64,000 bases of DNA from Lepidodermella squamata (lineage: Eukaryota > Animalia > Gastrotricha), in the NCBI GenBank assembly GCA_047495785.1, contig JBLDXI010000031.1:1116001-1180000 (forward strand), given 5' to 3'. A model generated the notes under the pieces. The model worked only from the letters and a program-made list of their open reading frames with translations. It did not search any database and was not told the origin of the DNA. Both the position numbers and the translations under genes were made by a program. Shown here piece by piece: positions 18,848 through 30,735 of this stretch (position 1 is the stretch's first letter; every line of letters begins with the position of its first letter).

Positions 18848-21800
18848 TTAGTAGATGATAAACCCATCAGACGACCGCAGAGAAGAGTGTAGGGACCGCG
18901 TTTGAGCGGCATTTGCTAACTGTCCATTACGATCTACAAATGGAAATGAGCATGAGTATGGCGAATACAAGAGGTCAACGTGGCCATTTCTTACGGCCAA
19001 AGCCCCAGGCGTCTGGCCGTCTTTATCCTTAGCTTTCAAATCCGCTTTGCAGTTTCTGACCAGGAAATCCTCGACTTCAGTGCGTCCATTCTCCGCAGCC
19101 AAATGCAAAGGCGTTTTGCCGTTTTGATCAACAGCTTTCACATCCGCTCCGTATTTTTCGATCAGCATTTTGACGATTGCTTCGTGACCAGCCGATGCAG
19201 CAAAATGCAATGGCGTTTTGCCGGTTTTGTCGACAGCTTTCACATCCGCTCCGTATTTTTCGATCAGCATTTTGACAATTGAATCGCAACCAGCCGAACC
19301 AGCAGCAAAATGCAAAGGCGTCTCGCCGTGTTGATTAACAGCTTCCGGAAACAAATTGAATTTACCCCCGAAAAACGGTACTATTGAAGCCAAGCTAGCT
19401 ATTATAAAATAGAATAGAGACGTCCAGCTGTATGTAATTAATTTGTCCATCAGAAGCTTCACCACTGAATCGTGGCCAGCTATTACAGCCAAATGCAAAG
19501 GCATTTTGCCGTTTTGATCAACAGCTTTCACATCCGCTCCGTATTTTTCGATCAGCAACTTCACAACTGGAACTTGGCCTCTTTTCGCGGCCAGATGCAA
19601 AAGCGTTTTGCCATCTTTATCAATAACAGCATTCGCATCGACTCTGTATTTGTCGATAAGCAACTGCAAGGCTATAACGTCGCCTCTCTCTGCAGCGAAC
19701 TGTATTAACATTGGCGTCGGGTTCAGCAACTTCACGACTGAATTTTGCCTAGCAATTACAGCTAAACCCAGTGGCGTTTTGCGGTTTTGATCAACAGCTT
19801 TCACATCCGCTCCGTATTTTTCGATCAGCATTTTGACGATTGCTTCGTGACCAGCCGATGCAGCAAAATGCAATGGCGTTTTGCCGGTTCTTTCGACAGC
19901 TTTCACATCCGCTCCGTATTTTTCGATCAGCATTTTGACAATTGAATCGCAACCAGCTGATGCAGCAAAATGCAAAGGCGTCTCGCCGTGTTGATTAACA
20001 GCTTCCGGAAACAAATTGAATTTACCTCCGAAAAATGGTACTATTGAAGCGAAGCTAGCTATTATAAAATAGAATAGAGACGTCCAGCTGTATGTAATTA
20101 ATTTGTCCATCAGAAGCTTCACCACTGAATCGTGGCCAGCTATTACAGCCAAATGCAAAGGCATTTTGCCGTTTTGATCAACAGCTTTCACATCCGCTCC
20201 GTATTTTTCGATCAGCAACTTCACAACTGGAACTTGGCCTCTTTTCGCGGCCAGATGCAAAAGCGTTTTGCCATCTTTATCAATAACAGCATTCGCATCG
20301 ACTCTGAATTTGTCGATAAGCAACTGCAAGGCTATAACGTCGCCTCTCTCTGCAGCAAATTCCTCCGGCGTTTTATTAACAGCTTTCGCATAGGCTCTGT
20401 ACTTTTCGATCAAAATATCCACGACTGGTAAATGGTTATTCCGAACAGCCAGATGCAGAGGAGTCCGGCCCTCTTTATCGACATATTTCCCATGCTCTCC
20501 AAATTTTTCGATCAGCCACTTCACGACTGTAGCGTGTCCATTCTCCGCGGCCAAATGCAAAGGCGTTTTGCCGTTTTGATCAACAGCGATCATAACCGCT
20601 CGGTGGTTTTTGATCAACATTTCGACGATTGCATCGTGACCAGCCGATGCAGCCAAATGCAATGGCGTTTTGCCGGTTTTTTCGTGAGCATTCACATCCG
20701 CTCCGTAATTTACGATCAACAATTTCACAACTTGAACGTGGCCACTCCCCGCAGCCAGATGCAAAAGCGTTTTGCCGTTTTGACCGACAGCTTTCGCATC
20801 TGCTCCGTAATTGTCGATCAGCAATTTAACGACTGACTCGTGGCCGTTCTCCGCAGCCAAACGCAAAGGTTTACAGCGGTATTCATCGACTTTCTTGTTC
20901 GCTTTGAGGTAGTCGATCAGCAACTGAACGACAGATATAGCATCCCAAAACAGCGACATCAAGCCATATTCAGCAGCGGCTTTTGCCTCAGCATTCATCA
21001 GTATCTCCACGGCTTTAACGCGGCCATTCTGCGCGGCCAGTTGCAAAGGCGTTTTGTCGTTTTCATCAACAGCTTTCATATTCGCTTTGTATTTGTGGAT
21101 CAGCAACTCTATGACTAGAGCGTGCCCATTCTCCGCAGCCAAATGCAAAAGCGTCCTGCAGTCTTTATCAACAGATTTCCCATCCGTTTGAAATTTGTCG
21201 ATCAGCAATTCCACGACTGGCGCATGGCCGTTCTTCGCAGCCAAATACAAAGGCGTTTTGCTATCTTTATCAACAGATACATCCGCTCCAAATGTTTCGA
21301 TCAGCCACTTCACGACTGTAGCGTGTCCATTCATCGCTGCCAAATGCAAAGGCGTTTTGCCGTTTTGATCAACAGCTTTTACATCGGCTTTGTAGTTTTT
21401 GATCATCATTTCCACGACGGACACGTGGCCCTTTTCTGCTGCCCAATGCAATGGCGTCCGACCCTTATTATCAACAGATTTCACATCTGCTCTGTAGTTT
21501 TTGATAAGCAGCTTCACGGCTGGAGCGTGTCCATTCTCCGCAGCGGAATGTAATATCGTCCGTGCTTCGGTGTCGACGGCTTTCACGTCAATTCCGTAGT
21601 TGTCAATCAGCAATTCCACGACACATTTGTGGCCATTAGTTGCAGCCAAATGCAAAGGCGTCCTGCGGTCTCCAGGAACAGCTTCTGCATCCACTCCGTA
21701 ATTACGCAACAGGAACTGCAGAACTGAATCTACGCTACTTTTCGCCGCCAAGCGTATTGGCGCCCATCGTTTTGCGTGAACAGTTTTTACCTCCGCTCCC

Positions 21801-23840
21801 ATCAGCAATTCCACGACTGTAGCGTGTCCATCCATCGCTGCCAAATGCAAAGGCGTTTTGCCGTTTTGATCAACAGCTTTCACATCCGCTCCGTATTTTT
21901 CGATCAGCATTTTGACGATTGCTTCGTGACCAGCCGATGCAGCAAAATGCAATGGCGTTTTGCCGGTTTTGTCGACAGCTTTCACATCCGCTCCGTATTT
22001 TTCGATCAGCATTTTGACAATTGAATCGCAACCAGCCGAACCAGCAGCAAAATGCAAAGGCGTTTTGCCGTTTTGATCAACAGCTTTCACATCGGCTCCG
22101 TGGTTTTTGATCATCATTTCCACGACGGACACGTGGCCCTTTTCTGCTGACCAATGCAATGGCGTCCGACCCTTATTATCAACAGATTTCACATCCGCTC
22201 CAAATGTTTCGATCAGCCACTTCACGACTGTAGCGTGTCCATTCATCGCTGCCAAATGCAAAGGCGTCTTGCCGTATTTTTCAAGAGCTTTAACATTCGC
22301 TCCGTATTTTTGAATTAGCAACTTCACGACCGAAGCGTGACCATAACTTCCTGCCCAATGCAAAGGCGTCCGGCCATCGTTATCAACTGATTTCGCATCC
22401 GCCCCGGCCCTTCCCGTCAGCAACTTAACAATGCTGATGTGACCTTTCTCAGCAGCTAAATGTAAAGGCCGCTTGCCACACTCATTTTTGTAACCAACGT
22501 TTAATTCGTTCTTGAAGTTGGTAATGATTCGGCTAAGACGAAGCACCATCCCATGTTCGGCGCATCTCAGCAGCTCCTGTGGAGTTGATTGAAAGATATT
22601 ATACTTTAAAAACATTCAAAATTCAATTAGGTATAAACCTTTTCTGCGTCGTCCTTGCTTCCAGGCATTGGGTCGCCACCTATTTTTGCAGAAACCGCGA
22701 TTAGCTCGGCTGCTGTTGGTCTCTTCTCGGGTTGATCACCGGGGTCACTCATCATCGACAAAACTAGTTTACTTGTCTCCTGTGAATGTCCGATCAGTTC
22801 AGGCAATCCATTCAGCCTGAAATGAGAGTTTTGACGTTGCCTGAAGCAGAAACATCATAGCGTATTATACTCACAGTGAATTTTTAAGCGCATTGAAATG
22901 TTCCAATGGTTTTGTTTCAGCGACCTGGCCGTTGAACTGTCTCAGCCCCAAATATAATTAAAAATTAATATCATACATATTTGTATCTCACCGGTCTACG
23001 GCCATTTGCAACTTCGTAGAGAGTCACTCCAAGCGACCAAATGTCGCAAGGCTTCGTGTACTCCGAACGAATGAAAACAGCAGGCGATGCGTAGTCGTAT
23101 GTTTTTAGGACTGCCGTAATGTTTTTTTGATTGATACTTGAAATTAATGAGTAAATATAACAGGTTAGATGATTGCAAATGAGCAAACTCTTTCACGTTT
23201 TTGGTCAGTCCGAATCCGCCAAGTTTCAGAAACTTCCTATCCTCGCTAAGGTAAATGTTTTTCGGTGTGATGTCGCGATGAATGATGTCCTTGTCATGAA
23301 GGAGCGTGACCGCAAGCAATAGCTGAAAAATCCAGTCAGCAAATTGATCTTCGGGAATTGTCCTGTGAGGAAGTGAACGGATGTGGTCCTCCAATGTGCC
23401 ATGCGGGCAATATTCCATGACCAAGTAATACATCTCACAATCTGCCTTTGCCGTATCAGTTCCCTGGTATTTCTCTGCAAATGGTATATTTATTCATAGC
23501 GGATTGAGTTGAAACGGCTCACCTTTGAAGGCGCCAAAAACTTCCACAAGGAATTGATCATAAATAGTTACCAGTTTATCATGCTGTGTTTGAGGATGGG
23601 GATTTTAATAAAAAAATTTAATACATACATCAAATTAACCTCTTGCGTGCTGCTTGCAACAATGGTGTCAACGTATTTTTTGCCAAAGCGTTGATCTCGT
23701 CGCATTGCTGTTAAATTCAGTTCCTTCAGCGCGAATTCTTCATTGCCAACTTGAGCAAGGAATACTTCACCGAATTCCCCAGATCGCCCAAGGCTTCTGA
23801 CAATGGTGAATTCTGTGAATTTAGTAAATCTTATGGGCAT
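18848..23840 (-). CDS. Ser/Thr (NEK-like) pseudokinase fused to a long ankyrin-repeat array
   Basis: Multi-exon kinase domain: GRSGEFGEV, ALK, LVMEYC, HRDITPKN, LGGFG, YASPA, DIWSLG. Followed by a 1255-aa exon of ~30 GKTPLHLAA ankyrin repeats. 3' end is uncertain. Confidence 0.85.
19310..20360 (-). repeat. Near-identical internal duplication (660-bp period) within the ankyrin array
   Basis: Sequence at 19321-19700 recurs at 19981-20360 with few substitutions. Confidence 0.85.
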
Positions 23841-23913
23841 TTTCTTCGTAATACAATATCCTTTTGCGGCAACGGAAAAACTATGAATTCAGAAATGCTG
23901 ACAAATAAATAAT

Positions 23914-24133
23914 GTATGGGGCATAATAGTTGAACCAGGAGGGTACCTTCGTAGCTCATTCAGTTCGACTTCATTCTCATAAATCCAAATGACCATTTTC
24001 CACAGACATGTACAGGTTTATGGTTTTTCAAGGGCTTATTCAATTGGTAGAAGATTTATATGAGAATGGAAGCCGAATTGAGTGAGCTATACGAGGGTAC
24101 CCTGGTGGCTCAACTATTATGCCCTATACTGTA
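23914..24133. mobile_element. Tc1/mariner-type MITE
   Basis: ~75-bp imperfect inverted repeats (GTATGGGGCATAATAGTTGA... / ...TCAACTATTATGCCCTATAC). The right end reads TACAGT on the minus strand. Confidence 0.65.
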
Positions 24134-24539
24134 TCATACATGTATCAGAGAACTGAAGATGAGATAGCAGGCATAGACTGCAAAATATAGACTGAAAATT
24201 ATTAAGAGCAGTTCCTTTTTTATAAATATCACGTTCTACATATTAAGAGCAGTTACTTCGTAGCAGTTTAGATAAAGGAATGCATGATAACACGAAATAA
24301 TTCGCATCCTTTTGATAATAAACGATAGTTATCATATACCAAGAGAAGGCCGATGATGATTAATGAGTAATAATCATTATTTGTATCAATATCAATATGG
24401 AAAGAGATGCATAATTAGTCGTTATAATCAGGGCGTTACATCCATTGAACGCTGGAATCTGAATTTTCTTCTATATAAAATTGTTAAGATGTTTCTTTTT
24501 TGTAATTTTTAATGTGAACAACAGCGCAACGAATTTGCG

Positions 24540-25490
24540 ACCATTTTCCTTTTTTATTTAAGATAGTGACGTTTCGACGTCATCTGACGTCATCTTCAGA
24601 CATTAAAGAAATCTATAAGACATCAAGATAGAAAGCGGTTTAAAACTAGACAACAACAACAACAAAAATTAGAGTATAATTTGAAAGGAGGCTACAACAA
24701 GACAGATTAATCTATTTAAATAGTTTGGCCTTAATTGAATCCTTCTGGGTGTTGAGATCAGGGTTGTACCTCGCTATAAACAACATTCCATGTAAGAGGC
24801 AGTCGAACTTGCTTCGCCCTTATCGCAGCACAGTGAAACAGCTGGTGATGGTGTCCCGGCTTTTTCCATGCTTAGCCATGTGTTTACCAATTACGCTACT
24901 CTTGTGTTCAACAATACGCTTATGTAGGTGTCGGCCTGTATAGCCGACATAGTTGGAACTGCACCAACCACATTTGAATCGGTAAATCACGCATTGCTGA
25001 TTGACAATTAGCGGCTTCTTTTCCTTTGGTCCAAATTCGGCGTTAATCTTGCGACTGATGAAGACGGGCTGTACTTCCTGTTCGATCTTGTTGCTCAGTT
25101 CGCGCAGTTCAGTCTTTACTTTTCTTGACGCGTTTTCGCTCTTGTACGGTAGGAGTACTCGAACTGGATCCTTCTTTGACGCAGGGTCAGCGGGTTTGCC
25201 AGCAGGTATGGCAAATTTGTTCTCCAGGAACTTTTCGATGACTCGCTCGAACAACTCATCAGGATAGAGAAGGTTTTTGAACACGTTTCGAAGTCGAGAA
25301 ACTTCCATGTCGAAGAGGAGCCACGTCGAGGAAAGCTTGTAAGCGCAGTGAAGCATGGTAGAGACCATGCTACCATGCTTCTACCATGCTACCATGCTTC
25401 TACCATGCTTCTACCATGCTTCACCGCGCTTACAAGCTTTCCTCGACGTGGCTCCTCTTCGACATGGAAGTTTCTCGACTTCGAAACGTG
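24540..25490 (-). mobile_element. 5'-truncated Penelope-like retroelement (RT thumb + GIY-YIG endonuclease) with inverted segment
   Basis: VIYRFKCGWCSSNYVGYTGRHLHKRIVEH GIY-YIG motif with an in-frame stop at 24820. Segment ~25281-25360 recurs inverted at ~25410-25490. Confidence 0.9.
24566..24601 (-). ncRNA. Minimal hammerhead ribozyme of Penelope pseudo-LTR
   Basis: Minus strand GT-CTGAAGA-T-GACGTC-AGAT-GACGTC-GAAA-CGTC-AC: CUGANGA core, stem II, GAAA, palindromic ACGU stem III and GUC cleavage triplet. It lies just downstream of the GIY-YIG ORF and before AATAAA. Confidence 0.75.
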
Positions 25491-25571
25491 GCAATAACGG
25501 TGGCAATAACGGTTGAACGTTTGTTATATTATTGCTATCGCTTTCAAGTTGAACAAAAAACCGGCGTGGAA

Positions 25572-26153
25572 TTATTCCTTGCCTGGCGCTGTCTCTTGTA
25601 GAGACATTCGCTCCTTGAAGGCATCCAGCTTCTCTTTTTCGATTTTCTTCTTCTCAGCTTTCGACGAACTAAAGATAAATTGAGAGAGGAAATCGGTCAT
25701 AAATTAGATGATGATCACAAAAATCTTACTAGGCTTTAGTAGATCGGCCGATTTGAATTTCCCTGGGTTTTTCAAGGGCTGGTCCCGATCCCCAATCCTC
25801 CTCTTCCTCAGCGAACTGAACTGGTTTGGCTGGAATAGTCTGATTGCAGTACTCCGATATGTACAAAGCACCGTGAAGTGCGGCTTTTCGGCTCGGGCAT
25901 TGCGCCATGTGTTGCTCGACGCTTCGGCCCGGCGCCTTCAGCCAAATGTGGCTCGAATCGAACGGGCAATTTTCGACTTGATGCCGGTCAAAGTGCTACA
26001 TATTATTTGGAATGAAAATAAATAATTATGAGTATTACAAGAAAATATCGTAATTACCGCGCGGCATTTGATCAAGTGATAGTCGTAAGAGCTTCTCTTG
26101 ACCATGTGCGAAGGATTGAGCGGGCATTGCACCAGTTCTTGCTGGGGGTACAT
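25572..26153 (-). CDS. GTSF1: GTSF1/Asterix-like CHHC zinc finger protein (piRNA pathway), 3 exons
   Basis: Two CHHC fingers (CPLNPSH...HLIKC; CPFDSSH...HMAQC), an acidic EEEEDW motif and two short GT-AG introns. Confidence 0.8.
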
Positions 26154-27101
26154 TTCTCACAAAACTTTAAATTATTCGCCTAAAATAACTGTGAACCATT
26201 TTTTTAGCAAAGAACAGTTAAACCAGAGATGACTCAATGCAAAAATTTTATGCAAAATGATGTCCCAGTTTTTTAAGATGGATTTTAAATAATAAATACG
26301 AGACGAATAAATACGATTTCCCAGCGTGGAGATATGTCTTCTAGACACCCTGGGGTTGCAGTAACCATACAGGATTTTTTAAACATAGGGTGGCAGGGAA
26401 CGATGCCGTTGGGCTTCAATGGGTCAATTCCAAATTATTGTTGATGACCCAGAAACTGCTCGACGTAAGAAGGATCATTTCCGTTCGAAGAATGAGGTAG
26501 TTGGGAAAGTAATTGTCCAAGTCCTCGCTCATTGTGTGAAGAATATACGCTCAGGGACAATTATTTTTTGCCACTTTTGCGCTCCTTCTTTATTGCTTGC
26601 CCGGCTCAATGACCTAATGCTATAAAATTGAGTTAACGGTTAACGGCGACGAAATGATCCAACTAATACCTACTACTGGTAATTATGAAAAATTAATGTA
26701 AAAATAGGACTGCAACGCCGGTAATTTGTGTGTCATAATTTATAGGTCCAAGCTATAAATGAACAATTAATTGTCACGCGATTCTGGCTTCTTAAACGCA
26801 GTGCGTGCACCCATCAGGTAGGCAACTCGGACACGCGCATTCTTGTTGCGTGACTACTATGTTTGACTACTAGCCACTCTCAGTTGAAGTATTATCGAAG
26901 GTATGTGAAAACACCTTAATTTGTATGATCTAGCTAACACCTTGGTAAACTCTAGACTTGGCTAGAATTGGATAAATTCTTGAAAAATAGTCGACCCATT
27001 GGTCAGAATTTACCGAGCTGGTAATGAGGTAATGGAGAAAATGAGATGAAAAAACACCATAACTCAGTCCCTGAAAATTAGAAGCCGTGCTCTAATAGTG
27101 A

Positions 27102-27523
27102 TAGATCACTCGTTTTGATCCTAACGCTCCCTCTAGTAAACTTCGACTCGTGAAAAACTCATCTTCGTTTACAATTATTAACAAATCCGCCGAGTATTAA
27201 AAGGCGGATTTTTCAATAATTACGCGTTTTCTCGATTAGAATCAAAACTCGGTGCTCTAACATCTATTAGAGCACTGCTTCTGATTTTACAATGCAAATC
27301 GCACGATTTCTAATTTTGAGTTTTTTCACTAAGAACGCGTGCATTTTTCTAATTCGCATTTCTAATTCACTTCGAACACGTGCGTGCCTCTCGTACGCTT
27401 CGACCCGTGGAAAACGAGCTAGCGGAACGAGGCGCAGCCGAGTATATAGCGCGAGTTTCACACTCGTCTTCGTTTACTCGAGATCACGCGTTTTCTCGAT
27501 TAGAATCAAAACTCGGTGCTCTA
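27102..27523. repeat. Tandem degenerate MITE-like repeats
   Basis: ACGCGTTTTCTCGATTAGAATCAAAACTCGGTGCTCTA occurs at ~27222 and ~27486. Degenerate inverted copies occur at ~27102 and ~27268. Confidence 0.45.
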
Positions 27524-28022
27524 AAATATATTAGAAATAAATTCGTAGGCCTGAAATTAAATTTTAATTTCGCGTTATGTTTAAAGCTCACAGCTTGGAA
27601 ATTTTAGAAATTCCTAGGCCTGGTCCCACATGCCTGCTCCTGATCTAGAAGATGGTACTTTTTCAGCCGCCGCAAAAAGTGGTTGAAGTTGTTTCCAGAA
27701 TTTCGCAGGGAATGTGCTCTCATTCTCAAATTTGAAAATTCCTCGACTGATGATCTTGAACATGGGGTATCAAAATCTCGCTTTAATTAATGTAATTAGC
27801 AAAATCTCATTTTACGCCCTGTACCCTCTTACGTTGGACTACACGTTTCCATGTTATTCCATTTACATTTGAAGTCACTGGTTTCTGTCAAATTGTTATT
27901 ACTGGATTATTCAGCAGATTACCAAGCTTAATTAATTGCGCATCAGTATTTATTGAAACCCGTGGTCTTTGAAATTTTTTGAAATTTAAATTTTGAAACG
28001 GATATTTTTTATTATCTTCAAA

Positions 28023-28856
28023 ATGAAACTCGTCGGATTACTTTTACTTCATTTCTCGTTAGCCTCAGCGCATTGCGATGACAGCAGCGATTCAACGAGA
28101 AATTTGCCAGATGTTTGCTACATGAAACTCGGCTACTATCAATGCAGCCCTACAGCTGGCAAGGTTCGAACCCTCTACACGTTTGATTCGGATAAAAATC
28201 GATGCCGATCATTCCAAACTGTGAGTTTCTTAATTCAGATGGCATTTCGATTGTTGTAAATTAATTTAGACATGTTCAAACATGCAAGTGAAAGATAACA
28301 TTTACGCGTCGAGAAAAGATTGCGAGAAATCTTGTGGCCTGGCTCCGAATTGCTACCAAAAACTCGGCGCCTTCCAATGTGGTCCAAATGCCGGTCCGAG
28401 AAAAACCTTATACACCTATGATACAAAGCTTGGAAGCTGCCGCTCATTTTCCACGGTTATTTCAAATCATTGATTTGCTGTTTAGTTCATTTTTAACGTT
28501 TTCAGACATGTAACTTGGCGATCAAAGGCAATGTTCATGACAGCATGCAAACCTGTGAACGACAATGCAAGACGTTCGAAAAATCTATGCCAACCTCTCA
28601 GAGCGGTTGTACTGCGCCGCCGGCCTCGTCAGACTGCAGCCAATCATATCCTAAACGCGTATTCTTTTACTACGATCAGCGGCTTCAAAAATGCCGTTCT
28701 TTGACGACGGTAAACTTTCGTTAATTCTGATTGCTTTATGTGTTCATGTAAGCAATACTGCAGAGATGCGTGATGGCAGTTGGCAGAGATTTATTCATTA
28801 ACTTGAAGACTTGTCAAGATAGGTGCGGCGGCAGCAGAAGGATTTACCAACGATGA
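28023..28856 (+). CDS. Secreted protein with three divergent Kunitz/BPTI domains, 4 exons
   Basis: Signal peptide MKLVGLLLLHFSLASA. Three 6-Cys units (C...C...Y.YD....C..F..C...N.....C...C), each interrupted by an intron at the same position. Confidence 0.8.
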
Positions 28857-30735
28857 CAATCATCTTTCTGACTTTTTCGATTCCTTTCTTTTTCTATTTT
28901 GGCTACTTTCATCACTCGAAATCAAATAAATTATTTTGAGCTAACGCAAGTATTATTATCATTTGATCCATGGTGTTGCCAAACTGTGAATCATCAATGA
29001 TGAATCATTAGCCACGTTAATAATGAATCACGCGTACTCACGCATTACGCCCAACTTTGCCTTACCTTATCGAGTGTCGTCTCACTAGCTACCGCGAGAT
29101 TAATTTCCCTTTCATCGAGCGTATCTGCAGTTACGGTGATTCAGGTTGCGTTTTTCTTTGGATGCAGGTCAAGAGAAAATCATCATAAAGATCTGCTTAT
29201 CCGCTGCCATTTGATGCGGTTATTTGAACGAATTTTATGCGGTGAAGAAGGAGCTTGAGGAAGCCCTTTAATGTCAAGCAACATGAATTGCAAAGATTCG
29301 AAAGTAGAATTGAATCGATACGTCCATGCACTTCGTACCTACTGCTCTCATGGCAAGTCTTAAAAGGTTGCTGTTCCAATCGGAATAGCCTGGCCAGCAA
29401 GATTTTGCTCAGGCAGGTTTGATATTCAGCTGCTCGCCTGTTGCCTGTAAGCGACATAAGAGAGATAAAGATAGATTCAATATACAGCACTATTCTCTCC
29501 CGTAATATTTTGCGAAGCATAGGAAGAAAGCGTGGTGAGACCTCGAAATTCTGCTGCGCACAAAATAATTGATTCTTCCCCGATTCTTTTACTCGCACTG
29601 ATGAAATCTGAAATCGACTCCTCGGTATCTCTGGAAGATTAGGAATAAAGTTCAGTTACATTGATCATCACTAGAGCTCTTTACTTCTTTAATTGCATCA
29701 CTCATCGTAGCACCATAAAAATCGAATCGATCGACTTCTGTCTAAGCCCCAGAGTTCATCGCCCTTCCCATATCATGGCAATACGATTAGCTGCGTAATA
29801 CCAGCCTTCTATAAAGAAGACACTAGAAGCCTAAAATTGAACACCTGCTAAAGATGGCTCGGCAACCGAGAGGGCTGCAAGAGACCTAAAGGGTCGATGA
29901 ATCATCAAAAATAATCATGCGGCAAATCAATCATTTAAAAATGATTTAAAATTGATTAAATAATTTAACGTTGTTATTATCTTATTGAAAATAATGTAAT
30001 TACTTAAAAATAAATAATCTCTCCGAAAGGGGGTTTTTGAAGATTTTGAAAAACTTCGCCGACTCGGGCGGTTTGTTCCTTCCTACCTACTTATTTTGTC
30101 TTGTGTTTGTTTGTTCCCCGGTTTCCTTGTTACCTGTTTGTCATTTTGCGGCCAGCTGCAGCGCTCACGATCGCGTTAGCTTTTCAGGCATCGAGCTGAT
30201 TACCTCAAAGTTCTTGGTGGCGGTTGAATTTAGAATCACACTCTTAACACAGGCGCTGAAGATTGAAGATCGTCCTTAGCCTTCCTCGTTGTTATTATAA
30301 TATTCTTAACTAATCGCCCGCCAACGAAAACGACCCTCGAGGGCGCCCAGTGTACGATAATGGCGGCTTGAACAATTTCTTGTCCCTAAATGAGGATCAC
30401 AGATCGCAGATTGATAGTTTTGTGGCTACGCCTCTCTTGGCTGAGGGTATGAGCCCAATTCCATCCCTTCGTTCATGCCCCTGCATTTATCCCCCTGAAC
30501 AAGTTGCAAATGACTTCACGCATCTTCATTTCGTAGAGCTGATCTTGGATATATTATTGCTCTCATTTTTGCTTCAACATTCGGTTCTTCGGTTCTAGTA
30601 TCAAGTCTGCGACACAACCCTACCTTGCCCAAGTGTTTGCTATTAATCTACTTATGAATTTAGAAGAACGCTGGGTTATTAATTCAACTTCTTTAAATTA
30701 GGATTACTTCCAATATTTAATCAAATTATGACCTC

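Noticed and set aside
18980-22313. Repetitive plus-strand ORFs or a CRISPR-like array
   Set aside because: These are the reverse complement of 99-bp ankyrin codon repeats; there is no repeat-spacer structure and the context is eukaryotic.
29197-30598. Short ORFs upstream of the FERM gene
   Set aside because: No motifs or consistent exon structure.
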